34,236 nucleotides of DNA from a virus (lineage: Duplodnaviria > Caudoviricetes). Position 1 is the stretch's first letter. Each line of letters starts with the position of its first letter. Both the position numbers and the translations under genes were made by a program. Positions 33,995 through 34,236 of the stretch are shown here, in pieces. The notes below the pieces were generated by a model. The model was not told the DNA's origin. It searched no databases and saw only the letters and a list, made by a program, of their open reading frames with translations. The DNA lies in the IMG/VR virus record IMGVR_UViG_3300037419_001349, positions 1 through 34,236 of that record; one strand, 5' to 3'.

Positions 33995-34236
33995 TCAAGC
34001 CTCCGCGCTCGCGACAGCCGGCAGACGGCTATCGGGGACAGGACGGCGAGCCGGAGGCAGGACGGAGAACACCAGAACCCGCTCACGCTCGGCGAGATGA
34101 GCCCGGCACTCGGCCTCAACGGCATCGAGCGTGCTCAGATACGCCTCTGCCATGTTCTTGGCGTTGGCGATGGTCATCCGGAGGACCGCGCCGTTGAATT
34201 CGCGGTTGCCCTTGCGAATACCGTCTAGCATCCGAA
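33995..34236 (-). CDS. Hypothetical protein (may extend beyond window)
   Basis: Co-oriented ORF ending 3 nt before the next start. Confidence 0.45.
   Translation of the reverse strand, partial: RMLDGIRKGNREFNGAVLRMTIANAKNMAEAYLSTLDAVEAECRAHLAERERVLVFSVLPPARRPVPDSRLPAVASAEA

Overview
A 34-kb segment of a high-GC temperate myovirus-like phage, probably of an alphaproteobacterial (Hyphomicrobiales/Methylobacterium-like) host; the host call is inference from GC content, gene families and the tRNA-derived att core. Left to right on the + strand: the end of the tape measure gene, a Mu-like baseplate module (gp43-gp48 equivalents), an array of tail-fibre and tailspike genes interrupted by a solo IS200/IS605-type tnpB element, and a membrane-protein-rich lysis cassette around an N-acetylmuramidase endolysin. 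A methyltransferase moron follows. The - strand then carries a long early region: small hypothetical genes, DUF551, HD hydrolase, RNA-ligase-like, T5orf172/GIY-YIG, an intact attP (3' half of tRNA-Ile2/Met CAT), tyrosine integrase, excisionase, Rad52/Sak SSAP and an HNH endonuclease. Phage genes flank attP on both sides, so this is the non-integrated configuration. The most unusual signals are: (i) three 28-bp, 11-6-11-like palindromic sites in direct repeat that bracket single early genes like cassettes, plus other repeat pairs around neighbouring genes; (ii) a catalytically intact tnpB inserted into the start codon of a tail-gene paralogue; (iii) an HNH gene that captured a host gene's N-terminus and supplies a recoded replacement; (iv) an RHH gene with four operator-like palindromes. 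All family calls are by motif recognition, not database search.
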